57,912 bases of DNA from a bacterium (GTDB taxonomy: Bacteria; Patescibacteriota; Minisyncoccia; UBA6257; 02-FULL-45-10c). The DNA lies in contig JAUYKI010000008.1 in assembly GCA_030700025.1 (NCBI GenBank), forward strand, positions 1 to 57,912, given 5' to 3'. The notes under the pieces were generated by a model. It saw only the letters and a list, made by a program, of their open reading frames with translations. It had not been told where the DNA came from and did no database searches. The number at the start of each line of letters is the position of its first letter. The first letter of the stretch is position 1. This document shows positions 32,974 through 42,224 of the stretch, one piece after another. The position numbers and the translations under genes are program-made.

Positions 32974-34239
32974 TTAGAGATAATCTTCGGGGCTAATAAC
33001 TACGCCAACCGGCACCAAACCGGCAGCTGGAGAAATTGATTTCAAAAGAATGCTGGGAGTCCAATAAACCCCAAAGTGCAGATGCGGACCGGTTGCATAG
33101 CCGGTATTGCCGACATATCCGATTAAATCTCCGCGCTTCACCATACTGCCGACAGCCACTATTTGCTTGGAAAGATGCGCGTAAAGCGTGGATAAATTAT
33201 TATTGTGTTCAATTAAAACATATTTTCCGTACTGATATTTTTTCCAGGAACTGACATCGTTATTATCTACCGCTCGTACTTTGCCGTCTTCGGCCGCGAA
33301 TACCGGAGTGCCGATAGGCGCTCCGCCGATATCCAAGCCGTTATGCGGCTTTCCGCGATAAAGATATGACTGCTCGCCGAAATGCTGAGTAATATAAGCA
33401 GTACCGCCGTCTTTTTTAAGCTTAACCGGCCAGGCAAAAACCCCGGGCCTTTTACTCGGCAAAAGACTTGGGTCAAACGAAGCCCGCAATGTATCTTCAA
33501 TTTTCGCGATCTGGTCCGAAATAGCGTCTTGCTGTTTTTCCAACTCACTAATTAGGGATTGATAGGTTTTTTCCTGATTTTTCGTCTGCGTTAAAAGCGA
33601 TTGCCGGTCTTTTTTCTGGCTTTCAGTTAGAACTTTCCGATTGGCCAAATTCCTGTTTTCCAGCTCTAGTTTTTGTTTTTTAGCCGCTGCCGTATCCAGC
33701 TTATTATTCAAATCGCCATTAAGTATTTGAAGCTCGCCCAATTCTTCCGACAATCCGACATTAACATTAAAAATATTTTGGACTTCGGACACGCTGGCGG
33801 CCAAGCTTTTATATTTTAAAAGCGTAATTAAAACCGCGTCTTTATCTTTTTGCTGCAGTTCCCGCAAAAGTCCGGCTATGGCTCCCCGCTTCAAATTGAT
33901 TTGAAGCTCGGTTTCATTAACGTCGTATTGCAAAGCCTCAATTTCCAACTTAGTCCGGTCAATATTTATAACGCTGGATTTTATTAATAAGCTAAGCTGG
34001 CCGATGCTGGAATCAAAACGCTTTATTTCTTGATTTAAAGTTTTGCCCTTATCCACTGTGGCTTCCAAATCTTTTTGGGCCTGTTGAATTTTCAGATTTA
34101 CCTCTTGCAAAGACTTATTTTGCTCATCAATGGCCTGGCGTAATTCTTCCAGAGTGGCGGCAAAAGCGTTAGAAATAGAAAATAGAAAATAGAAAGTAGA
34201 GAGCAGAAACGCCAAACCAATTAAAATTGTTTTAAACAT
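32974..34239 (-). CDS. M23 family metallopeptidase with a long N-terminal coiled coil (EnvC-like)
   Basis: HNGLDIG......V.A...G.V, and C-terminal GYVGNTGYATGPHLHF. Confidence 0.85.
   Translation of the reverse strand: MFKTILIGLAFLLSTFYFLFSISNAFAATLEELRQAIDEQNKSLQEVNLKIQQAQKDLEATVDKGKTLNQEIKRFDSSIGQLSLLIKSSVINIDRTKLEIEALQYDVNETELQINLKRGAIAGLLRELQQKDKDAVLITLLKYKSLAASVSEVQNIFNVNVGLSEELGELQILNGDLNNKLDTAAAKKQKLELENRNLANRKVLTESQKKDRQSLLTQTKNQEKTYQSLISELEKQQDAISDQIAKIEDTLRASFDPSLLPSKRPGVFAWPVKLKKDGGTAYITQHFGEQSYLYRGKPHNGLDIGGAPIGTPVFAAEDGKVRAVDNNDVSSWKKYQYGKYVLIEHNNNLSTLYAHLSKQIVAVGSMVKRGDLIGYVGNTGYATGPHLHFGVYWTPSILLKSISPAAGLVPVGVVISPEDYL
34171..34210. repeat. Heptanucleotide tandem array (AGAAAAT-like, ~6 units) in the signal-peptide region of the M23 gene
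   Basis: AGAAAT AGAAAAT AGAAAAT AGAAAGT AGAGAGC AGAAAC, encoding LSTFYFLFSISNA. Confidence 0.75.
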
Positions 34240-34240
34240 A

Positions 34241-34275
34241 ATTCTAGATTCTAGTTATTAGATTCTAGTTTCTGA
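34241..34275. repeat. Heptanucleotide tandem array (ATTCTAG-like, 5 units) spanning the gltX 3' end and the intergenic gap
   Basis: ATTCTAG ATTCTAG TTATTAG ATTCTAG TTTCTGA. Confidence 0.8.
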
Positions 34276-35717
34276 AGCGCTATATCCAGCCTTCTAAGCG
34301 ATTCGTCTTTTCCTAAAATATCCATTATTTCAAACGGTCCGGGCGATTTATCCTTTCCCGATAAGGCTGCCCGCATAGGCCACAATACCTCTCCCCTGCC
34401 CCGAGTATCTGCCCACGGCATAAGCTTCGCCTCTAAATTGGCTTTATCAAATTCGTCCAATAAAAAGCCTTTTAAAATTTCTCGCGCCACCCGCAAATTT
34501 TCCATAATCCGCTCCGGCTCCGTATTTTTCCAAATTAAAAGCGATGGGTCATAATCCGGCAACTCAAAAAAGAAATTATTAATATCTTTGAATTCATCTA
34601 ATTTGCTTATTCTTTCCCGAGAAGAAGCAATCAGCTTTCGAGTCAGGGGCAAATTCCCAAATTCTTCTCCAAAAATTTCTTTTATTATCTCGAGTAAACG
34701 GCCTTCATCGGCAGTCTTAATATATTGGGCGTTCAGCCAATTTAATTTCTCCACGTTAAACACCGCTCCGGATTTTTGCGCGCGGGATAAATCAAAATTC
34801 TGGATTAATTCTTCTTCGCTTAAAATTTCCCGGTCATCGGATAAATGCCAGCCCAACAAAGCGATAAAATTCATCAGCGCCTCCGGCAAATAGCCGGCTT
34901 TGCGGTATTCTTCCAAAGAAGTCGCGGAATAACGCTTAGACATTTTACTGCGGTCCGGATCCAGAATCAAAGGCAAGTGGGCATAAACCGGCGTCGAAAA
35001 TCCCAACGCTCGCTGAAGCAAAATTTGCTTAGGCGTATTGGCAATGTGGTCTTCACCCCGGATTACGTGGCTGATTTTCATTTCAAAGTCGTCTATCACT
35101 ACGGCAAAATTATACAAAGGTACTCGCAAACCCTTGGCAATCGCTAAATCTCCGAATAATGAGGTATCAAAAACAATATCGCCCCGGATAAGATCGGAAA
35201 ACTGGACTTTTTCTTCCGGAATAATAAATCGGATTACTTGGGCATCGGCTTCGGAAACTTTCCGGCTTCGGCACTTGCCGCTGTACTTCGGGGCAATGCC
35301 TCTTTCTGATTGCTCGTTTCTTTCTTTTTCTAGTTCTTCTTTAGTACAAGAACAATAATAAGCGTCGCCTTTTTCTAAAAGCTGTTTTAAATATTTTTCA
35401 TAAATATCCAACCTTTCCGATTGCCTATACGGCCCGTATTTACCAGCGTAATTTTGATTTTTGATTTTTGATTTTTGATTTTGAGCGTCAGCGATTGGTC
35501 CTTCGTCCCACTCCAAGCCAAGCCACCGTAAACCGCTAATAATATCTTTTTCCCACTTAACTTCCGACCGTTCAAGATCAGTATCTTCAATCCGCAAAAT
35601 AAACTTACCGCCGATATGCCGGGCAAAAAGCCAGTTAAACAAGGCCGTTCTGGCAGTGCCAATATGCAACGCCCCGGTTGGCGACGGCGCAATTCTTACT
35701 CTGATATTATTAGTCAT
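34251..35717 (-). CDS. gltX: Glutamyl-tRNA synthetase
   Basis: RIAPSPTGALHIGTARTALFNWLFAR (HIGH), KMSKR, class I GluRS layout. Confidence 0.9.
   Translation of the reverse strand: MTNNIRVRIAPSPTGALHIGTARTALFNWLFARHIGGKFILRIEDTDLERSEVKWEKDIISGLRWLGLEWDEGPIADAQNQKSKIKNQNYAGKYGPYRQSERLDIYEKYLKQLLEKGDAYYCSCTKEELEKERNEQSERGIAPKYSGKCRSRKVSEADAQVIRFIIPEEKVQFSDLIRGDIVFDTSLFGDLAIAKGLRVPLYNFAVVIDDFEMKISHVIRGEDHIANTPKQILLQRALGFSTPVYAHLPLILDPDRSKMSKRYSATSLEEYRKAGYLPEALMNFIALLGWHLSDDREILSEEELIQNFDLSRAQKSGAVFNVEKLNWLNAQYIKTADEGRLLEIIKEIFGEEFGNLPLTRKLIASSRERISKLDEFKDINNFFFELPDYDPSLLIWKNTEPERIMENLRVAREILKGFLLDEFDKANLEAKLMPWADTRGRGEVLWPMRAALSGKDKSPGPFEIMDILGKDESLRRLDIALQKLESNN
35451..35484. repeat. Heptanucleotide tandem array (unit GATTTTT, ~5 units) inside gltX
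   Basis: ATTTTG ATTTTTG ATTTTTG ATTTTTG ATTTTGA, encoding AQNQKSKIKNQNY. Confidence 0.85.
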
Positions 35718-35728
35718 TAGTTATTATT

Positions 35729-36874
35729 TTATTTTAATAAACTAAGGATGCCTTCGGCAATCTGCCGAGCGGCCTCCGGACGATAAAATTTTCGGGCAGC
35801 TTCACTCATTTGCCGCAACAAACCCGGATCGCGGGCCAGCCGCGCCAGGCGGTCCAAAACCAAATTGCCCAAAAAATTCTTCTGCTCAATTACCAGAGCC
35901 GCGCCGGTATTGGAATATTCATAAGCATTCTTAGTCTGATGATCACCGGCCGCTTCCGGCAAGGGCACTAAAACTGCCGGCCTGCCAAACACCGCTAACT
36001 CAAAAATAGTTCCGGCGCCCGCCCGCGCCACTACCAAATCCGCCGCTAAATAAACATCTTTTAATTCATTTTCCCAAAATGCCTTAAACCGATAACGTTT
36101 TTTAACTTCCTCCGACCAATCTTTAGTTAAAGCGGAATACTCCTGGAAAAAAGATTCGTATTCCCCTTCTCCGGTTTGGTGGACAATTTGAAATTCTCCG
36201 ATTAAAGAATTTAAATTCTCCAGCATAAATTCATTCAGCCGCCGGGCGCCCTGCGAACCGCCCATCACCATTAATACCGGAATATTATCGGCTAAATCCA
36301 GTTTCTTTTTTGCCGCCAAGCGGGCTTCTTCAGTATTATTAGCGGCGACGGCCAAGTCCTGGCGAACCGGATTGCCGACTACCGAAACCTTAGAATTATC
36401 AAAATAATCCGCCGCGGAAGCAAACGCCAAAAAGATTTTCTTGGCTAATTTTCCGGAAATAACATTAGTTTGGCCGGGAACGCTGTCCGATTCCTGGATA
36501 ATAATCGGCACCATATAAAACTTGCAGGCTAATATCACTGACAACGCGCCGGGGCCGCCCTTCGAAAAAACCGCGTCCGGCATAAACCAATAAACTTTCC
36601 ATAAGGATTGCAGTAAGCCAAGAAAAAATTTTGGAATGTCCAAAAAATTTGCCGCGGAAGCATAGCGGCGCAATTTACTGGAAATAATAGATACAAACCG
36701 GATATCATTTTCCGCTAAGGCTCCGGAATAGTCATGAGCGCCGCCAAAATAACGGGCGTCTAGAACAAGGCCGCGCTGGGCGGACAATTCCCGCAAAGCC
36801 TGCGATACGGCTATCAGGGGGAAAATATGCCCCCCCGTGCCGCCCCCGGCTAATATGATGCGTAATTTAGTCAT
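35729..36874 (-). CDS. murG: Undecaprenyldiphospho-muramoylpentapeptide beta-N-acetylglucosaminyltransferase (MurG)
   Basis: ILAGGGTGGHIFPLIAV N-terminus, GGSQGA, and C-terminal GAGT..E......P..LVP. Confidence 0.85.
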   Translation of the reverse strand: MTKLRIILAGGGTGGHIFPLIAVSQALRELSAQRGLVLDARYFGGAHDYSGALAENDIRFVSIISSKLRRYASAANFLDIPKFFLGLLQSLWKVYWFMPDAVFSKGGPGALSVILACKFYMVPIIIQESDSVPGQTNVISGKLAKKIFLAFASAADYFDNSKVSVVGNPVRQDLAVAANNTEEARLAAKKKLDLADNIPVLMVMGGSQGARRLNEFMLENLNSLIGEFQIVHQTGEGEYESFFQEYSALTKDWSEEVKKRYRFKAFWENELKDVYLAADLVVARAGAGTIFELAVFGRPAVLVPLPEAAGDHQTKNAYEYSNTGAALVIEQKNFLGNLVLDRLARLARDPGLLRQMSEAARKFYRPEAARQIAEGILSLLK

Positions 36875-36897
36875 AAGTTAATGGTTAAAGGTATTAA

Positions 36898-38004
36898 TTA
36901 AGCATGCTTTGAGATATTCACCATTATACCTGATATTGTCATATAAACCGCCAATGCCGTGCCTCCGTAGCTTATAAAGGGCAGGGGCGTGCCGGTAAGG
37001 GGCAATAGGCCGGAAATAGCGCCAATATGGATGAAGGCCTGAACCCCGATTAAAGAGCCAAAACCGACTAATAACAACTGGCCGAATTTATCCCCAATTT
37101 TCCTGGATAAAATAAAACTGCGGATAACCAGGGTAAGAAAAATCAGCATGGTAAATAATCCCCCGATAAAGCCGAACTCTTCGCCGATAATCGCAAAAAT
37201 AGAATCCCCGATCGGTTCCGGCAAATAAAGTATTTTAGTTGTGGACTGGCCATAACCCACGCCCATCAAACCGCCGGCGCCAATGGCAATCTGCGCCTGA
37301 TTAATATGGAAAGCCGATCCCTGGACATTTGTTTCAGGATTCAAATAACTCATAATTCTTTGCCAGCGATATTCAGAAGAATAAGAAATAATTCCTAAAG
37401 CAATAATTCCAATTGCCACCGTGCCAAAAATATAAGACCAGCGCGCGCCGCTGACAAAATAAACCGCTAACGCCGAAGCCATTAAAATTGCCACGGAGCT
37501 GGTAGACGGCTGGAAAATTAATAATGCCGATACTAATCCGCTAATAATCAAAAACGGAATAAATCCGCCAAAAAAACTATTCCTCCTTTCTTCGCGGCCG
37601 CTTAACCAAGCAGCCAAATAAGCCAAAAAGGCGATTTTCATAATTTCCGCCGGCTGAAAAACCAGCGGGCCCAGTTTAATCCAGCGATCGGCTCCGCCGG
37701 CCGAAACTCCCAAAGGCGTATAAATCAGAATTAAGCCGACCAGGCTTAGAATAAATAAAAATACGGCCCACTTTTGATAAGTTTTATAATATATTTTAGA
37801 GGCCAGAAAAAATCCGATTAATCCCAGAGAAAATCCGTAAGTAAGCTGATGCTTGAAATAAAAATAGCTGTCTCCGAAATTTTTTCGGGCTAACTCCGAG
37901 GACGCGCTCGCCACCATAATCAAGCCGAAAACTACCAATAAAAAAGTAGCTAGAATAATGACGTAATCCGGGGCGCTCCCCTGTTTAAAAAACTTGAATG
38001 ACAT
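36898..38004 (-). CDS. ftsW: SEDS family lipid II flippase/polymerase (FtsW/RodA)
   Basis: About 10 TM helices, QPAE..K, PEP..D.IFA..GEE.G, LP.TG..LPF.SYGG. Confidence 0.85.
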   Translation of the reverse strand: MSFKFFKQGSAPDYVIILATFLLVVFGLIMVASASSELARKNFGDSYFYFKHQLTYGFSLGLIGFFLASKIYYKTYQKWAVFLFILSLVGLILIYTPLGVSAGGADRWIKLGPLVFQPAEIMKIAFLAYLAAWLSGREERRNSFFGGFIPFLIISGLVSALLIFQPSTSSVAILMASALAVYFVSGARWSYIFGTVAIGIIALGIISYSSEYRWQRIMSYLNPETNVQGSAFHINQAQIAIGAGGLMGVGYGQSTTKILYLPEPIGDSIFAIIGEEFGFIGGLFTMLIFLTLVIRSFILSRKIGDKFGQLLLVGFGSLIGVQAFIHIGAISGLLPLTGTPLPFISYGGTALAVYMTISGIMVNISKHA

Positions 38005-39475
38005 GGCCGGCTAATTCACTGCTTAAAACCGAGTCGCGGACGGCAAATTTTCCATTAACCAGCACATCCGTAATCGCTCCGTCCTTAAATAAAACCAAGT
38101 CGGCAAAATAGCCGTCTTTCAGCAGGCCCCGGTTTTTAATGCCGTAAAATTGGGCGGCGGAAGCGGTTATTCTTTTAATCGCCTGCTCCAACGGAATGCC
38201 GCGTTTCGCGGAAAATTCCAAAAACTTCTTAAACGTTAAGGTGGAGCGTTCCAGCTTTAATCCCCTGCCCTTCTCCGGCAAGCTGGCGCCGTTAGAGCCA
38301 ATTAAAGAACGCGGGTGAACCAGAATATTTTCCAATAAATTCATATCCAAATTTTTATGAGCCAGCATGCCCCGCAATCCGGTAGAGTCCATCAAATCCA
38401 GCAGAGCCTCCAGCGGCTTTTGCTCCCGGTCATTGGCAATCTGATCAATAGTTTTTCCGAGAACATAATCCTGGTTCCGGGCTTCCGCCACAATAAAATC
38501 TTTTAAATCCAGCTTGGATAATTCTTTAATAATTTGCTTCCGGGTGGTCTCGCCTTCCAAATTAGCCAGCACAACCTCCAACGGGCCGTTTTTCGCCCAA
38601 TCCGGCAAAAGCGAATAGATCGGCACCAGGCTTTCGTCAAAAGGATTAACGTCAAAATAAACATTCGCGGTGCCGGAACTTTTTTCTACCAAGCTGACCG
38701 ATTCCTCAAATTCTTTTTCAAATCCCCTGACCGGCCGGAAGTGGCTAAGAATCGCGCGGGCGCCGGTTTCCTGGGAAACTAAAATGGTTTCTTCCACCGA
38801 TTTTACCAATCCTGCTTTTTCATCTCTTGGATGCGTGGCATAAATTCTATTATATTTAGCAACCAGTTTCACCAATTCTCGTATTTCGGCGTATGGGACA
38901 TTTTTCGCGTGAATGTAGCTCAATCCGGTGGACAAGCCAACGGCGCCTTCTTTTAAAGACCGCTCCAGGACTTTTTTAAAAACATCTGTTTCCGATTTGG
39001 TCATATCTCGGACGCCTTCGCCTACGATATCCCGCCGAATAGTGGCGTGGCCAGTTAAAGTTCCAAAATTGACTCCTAATTTCAGCTTTTGAAAAATACC
39101 GAATAATTCCGCCAGCGTATTCCAGCCGACATTCACCTGAAAAGGATCAGCCCACTTCCTGATGGAAACCAGCGAGCCATAAATCAGCGGCGCGATAGAA
39201 GAACCGCACTGGCCCCCGATAATCGTCGTTACTCCTTGAAGCAAAAAATCCTTTTGGGAAGGATTAGTGAATAAGCTTAAATAATGGTCCGAGTCCGTGT
39301 CCACATCCACAAAGCCGGGAGTGGCTGTCAATCCCAGTCCGTCTATTACCACATCGGCTTTTTTATTCGGAAAAATGCCGATCGCGGAAATTTTATCGCC
39401 GTTTATAAAAATATCCGCCCTGAACGGCTGGCTGCCGCTGCCATCAACTATTTGGACATTTTTTATCAAAATCAT
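37985..39475 (-). CDS. Amidohydrolase superfamily protein (N-acyl-D-amino-acid deacylase-like) with a degenerate metal motif
   Basis: I.N..IVDG.G......DI.I.GDKI..IG......IDG.G....PGFVDVDTDSDH. The usual HxH reads DxD. Confidence 0.55.
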   Translation of the reverse strand: MILIKNVQIVDGSGSQPFRADIFINGDKISAIGIFPNKKADVVIDGLGLTATPGFVDVDTDSDHYLSLFTNPSQKDFLLQGVTTIIGGQCGSSIAPLIYGSLVSIRKWADPFQVNVGWNTLAELFGIFQKLKLGVNFGTLTGHATIRRDIVGEGVRDMTKSETDVFKKVLERSLKEGAVGLSTGLSYIHAKNVPYAEIRELVKLVAKYNRIYATHPRDEKAGLVKSVEETILVSQETGARAILSHFRPVRGFEKEFEESVSLVEKSSGTANVYFDVNPFDESLVPIYSLLPDWAKNGPLEVVLANLEGETTRKQIIKELSKLDLKDFIVAEARNQDYVLGKTIDQIANDREQKPLEALLDLMDSTGLRGMLAHKNLDMNLLENILVHPRSLIGSNGASLPEKGRGLKLERSTLTFKKFLEFSAKRGIPLEQAIKRITASAAQFYGIKNRGLLKDGYFADLVLFKDGAITDVLVNGKFAVRDSVLSSELAGHVIQVF

Positions 39476-41802
39476 CTTTGCAAACCGTACTTATTCCGGG
39501 AAAGGTCTTTTAATTGCTCCCGCCACTCGGCGCTCCCCCGCGGAGACGGCAGGGTGTGGATATTAAACGGCTTGGAAGTTTGGCCGGAGATTAAAAGCTT
39601 CGCGTAAGCGTTAAAATTATCAATATTGATCAAATCATTTTTGGTAAAGATCGGCTCAAATTGCTTAATCAATTCCTCGGCGTCTTTGGCGCCAATCCGG
39701 AAAGTGACAATGGACCCGACGTTGCCGAAAACCGCGTCCCTAATTTTATCCGACAATTGGGCGATAAACTGGTGCGCCACGACTAAATTCAAACGGTATT
39801 TCCGGGCCTCCGATAAAATAGTGGCGATGGAATCCGTGGAAAAATTCTGGAACTCGTCAATAAAAAGATTGAAATCGCGGCGCTGTTCTTGCGCGATATC
39901 CACGCGGGAAAGCGCGGACATCAAAAGTTTTCCGACAATAATCATACCCAGCAATCCGGCGTTAATATCGCCGATCCGGCCCTTGGACAAATTAACCAAT
40001 AAAATTTTTCCGCTATCCATTGCTTCCCGGAAACGCAAAGCTGACTTCGGCTGGCTGATAATCGGCCGGACATAATCGTTGGCAATAAAATTATTAAACT
40101 TAGAAGTAATATAGGGCGTAATATTCTGCAGGGACGCTTCTCCGCCCACCATCACCGCTTCCCGCTCCCAGAAGTCTTTTATCACCGGATTTTGGCAGCG
40201 CGCCAATTTAGCCTTCCGAAAATCCTCATCCGTAAAAATTCTCGGCACATCCGCCAGGGTCGCCGGCTCATTCGGCGCGTCTTCCATCAAAAGCAGAAGC
40301 GCGCTCCGCATATATTGCTCAAACATCGGGCCCATAGTTTCCGGCGGGAAAAGCTTGTTAAAAATTCCCTGCATTTCATTCACAATAAAAGTTTTTTCTT
40401 CCGGCCGGTTAAAATCATATTCCAGCATGTTTAATCCCAGCGGATGCAATAAATCTCCCGGGTCAAAAACAATCACATCATCAACGCGTTCTTTCGGCAC
40501 TAATCCCAAAATAGAATCTATCAAATCGCCGTGCGGATCAATCACCGCCACGCCCTTGCCCTGATAAATATCGTGGATGGCCATATTCACGATTAAATTA
40601 GACTTTCCGGTTCCGGTCTGTCCGATGACATAAATATGGCGGCGGCGGTCTTCGTCGGTAATTAAAACCGGCCGGCGTTCGCCCCGGAATATGCTTTCTC
40701 CAATTAAGACTCCTTCCTTGGGCAAAATAACCGGCGGCTCAGCCTCCTTGGATTTTACCCATTTAATTTTAGGCACTTCAGTTTGAGAAGTTGGAAAATG
40801 GAATAAACTGACTATTTCATCGCTTCCTAAAATCATTTTTTGCGCTTCGTCAAACTGCCGGAAAATAAATTTAAAAATCAATTCTTTTTCGTTTCTGGGC
40901 TTGATAATATCAATATCGTTCCGGAACGGAGCGGTAAACTGCTCGTCGTAAGTGCCCGCTAAACTGGTTAAAAGTTCGCTGGTCCGAACTTCGTTCGGAG
41001 TAGAAGCCACAATCCGGACATTAACGGCAAAAATAGGCTTGGCTAATTTTTTTTCAATTGCCTTAATCGCTTCTTCTTCCAGAACCGGTTTGGAAGATTT
41101 ATCCTGCTCGGTTCCTTCCAGCGCCCGCTGAACATCTTTAAAAGATATTCCCGCTTTGGAAGCCTTTAAAACCGCGTCCAGCCTTTCGCCTTTTTTCAGC
41201 TGAACCAAAAAATTACTGGCTCTTTTTTTAAACTCTTTATCCGCGGGCTTTACTAAAATTTGAATCGCCGCGCCCTCGCCTACCGCCTCCATCTTAGAAA
41301 GATTGCTAAGGGCCGGCAAAAAAGTGTCCGAGCCCGCTTCTTCATAAGTCCGCAACGGAACCACTGAATTAAAGTTTTGCGTCAAATAAACGCCGGAGCT
41401 GACGCCCTGGCTGTTAAAAATATTATAGTCATCGCTTTCTTCCACTTGGGCGTCGTGCCAAAGGCCCTGGATGTGCCGGGACACGGACTGCAAAGAATCT
41501 CCCGGAACCGCCACAAAAAATTGGATTTCTTCGCCGACATACTGCACCGCGACTTCCAATCCGAATGGAATTTTTAAATTAGCCAAAATTCCCAAAAGCT
41601 GGCTGGATAAATTTATTTCTTTCTGCCAGGCGTCCCGGTCGCCGCCCTCTTTCTCCAACTTTTGCGGCAATCGGACCAGCAGTGTCCGGAGCTTAAGCGC
41701 GTCCCTAAAATACCGCCGATGGACATGCCGGGAAATAAAAAAAGCAATCGCGCCCGCCAATATGATGAATATAAAAAATCCTAAAAATAACAGCGCGCTC
41801 AT
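39472..41802 (-). CDS. Membrane-anchored P-loop NTPase of the FtsK/HerA-TraD/VirD4 (T4CP-like) type
   Basis: N-terminal TM helix. Walker A GQTGTGKSNL with IDPHGDL, and Walker B FNLFIDEFQNF. Confidence 0.6.
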   Translation of the reverse strand: MSALLFLGFFIFIILAGAIAFFISRHVHRRYFRDALKLRTLLVRLPQKLEKEGGDRDAWQKEINLSSQLLGILANLKIPFGLEVAVQYVGEEIQFFVAVPGDSLQSVSRHIQGLWHDAQVEESDDYNIFNSQGVSSGVYLTQNFNSVVPLRTYEEAGSDTFLPALSNLSKMEAVGEGAAIQILVKPADKEFKKRASNFLVQLKKGERLDAVLKASKAGISFKDVQRALEGTEQDKSSKPVLEEEAIKAIEKKLAKPIFAVNVRIVASTPNEVRTSELLTSLAGTYDEQFTAPFRNDIDIIKPRNEKELIFKFIFRQFDEAQKMILGSDEIVSLFHFPTSQTEVPKIKWVKSKEAEPPVILPKEGVLIGESIFRGERRPVLITDEDRRRHIYVIGQTGTGKSNLIVNMAIHDIYQGKGVAVIDPHGDLIDSILGLVPKERVDDVIVFDPGDLLHPLGLNMLEYDFNRPEEKTFIVNEMQGIFNKLFPPETMGPMFEQYMRSALLLLMEDAPNEPATLADVPRIFTDEDFRKAKLARCQNPVIKDFWEREAVMVGGEASLQNITPYITSKFNNFIANDYVRPIISQPKSALRFREAMDSGKILLVNLSKGRIGDINAGLLGMIIVGKLLMSALSRVDIAQEQRRDFNLFIDEFQNFSTDSIATILSEARKYRLNLVVAHQFIAQLSDKIRDAVFGNVGSIVTFRIGAKDAEELIKQFEPIFTKNDLINIDNFNAYAKLLISGQTSKPFNIHTLPSPRGSAEWREQLKDLSRNKYGLQR

Positions 41803-42209
41803 TGTAATAATCCCCTGTTTTTTAACTCCTGATGCATTTTAGAAGTCAAGGCATCGTGATAAGCATCCAAAAGAAACGGCCCGTATCGCCGCGCCTCTTC
41901 AACGGTTTTTTCTATGCCCTGGCTCAAGGTCAAACTAATCAATTCTTCCACTTTCATTTTTAATTCCGGGGATTCTTTTTGAAGATAATCCGGCAACATC
42001 GGAGACGGCACTGACTGATCGCCAGCCGGCTGGCTAACGCTAGGCGCGCTTACCGAAGGCGCTTGCGAATAAATTTTTGGACGCAAAACTTCCCGAACCG
42101 CGGACTCATCCGCCCTCTCGGCGCCTAATTTTGACCGAAGCTCCTTAACTTCCTGCGATAAGCGGGCCACGTCTTGTTCTAAAGCGTTATGTTCTAGTTT
42201 TGGTTCCAT
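41799..42209 (-). CDS. Hypothetical coiled-coil protein, translationally coupled to the NTPase
   Basis: 4-nt overlap with the downstream gene. Has a Ser/Pro-rich linker and no motif. Confidence 0.5.
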   Translation of the reverse strand: MEPKLEHNALEQDVARLSQEVKELRSKLGAERADESAVREVLRPKIYSQAPSVSAPSVSQPAGDQSVPSPMLPDYLQKESPELKMKVEELISLTLSQGIEKTVEEARRYGPFLLDAYHDALTSKMHQELKNRGLLQ

Positions 42210-42224
42210 GATAAAATAATAAAT

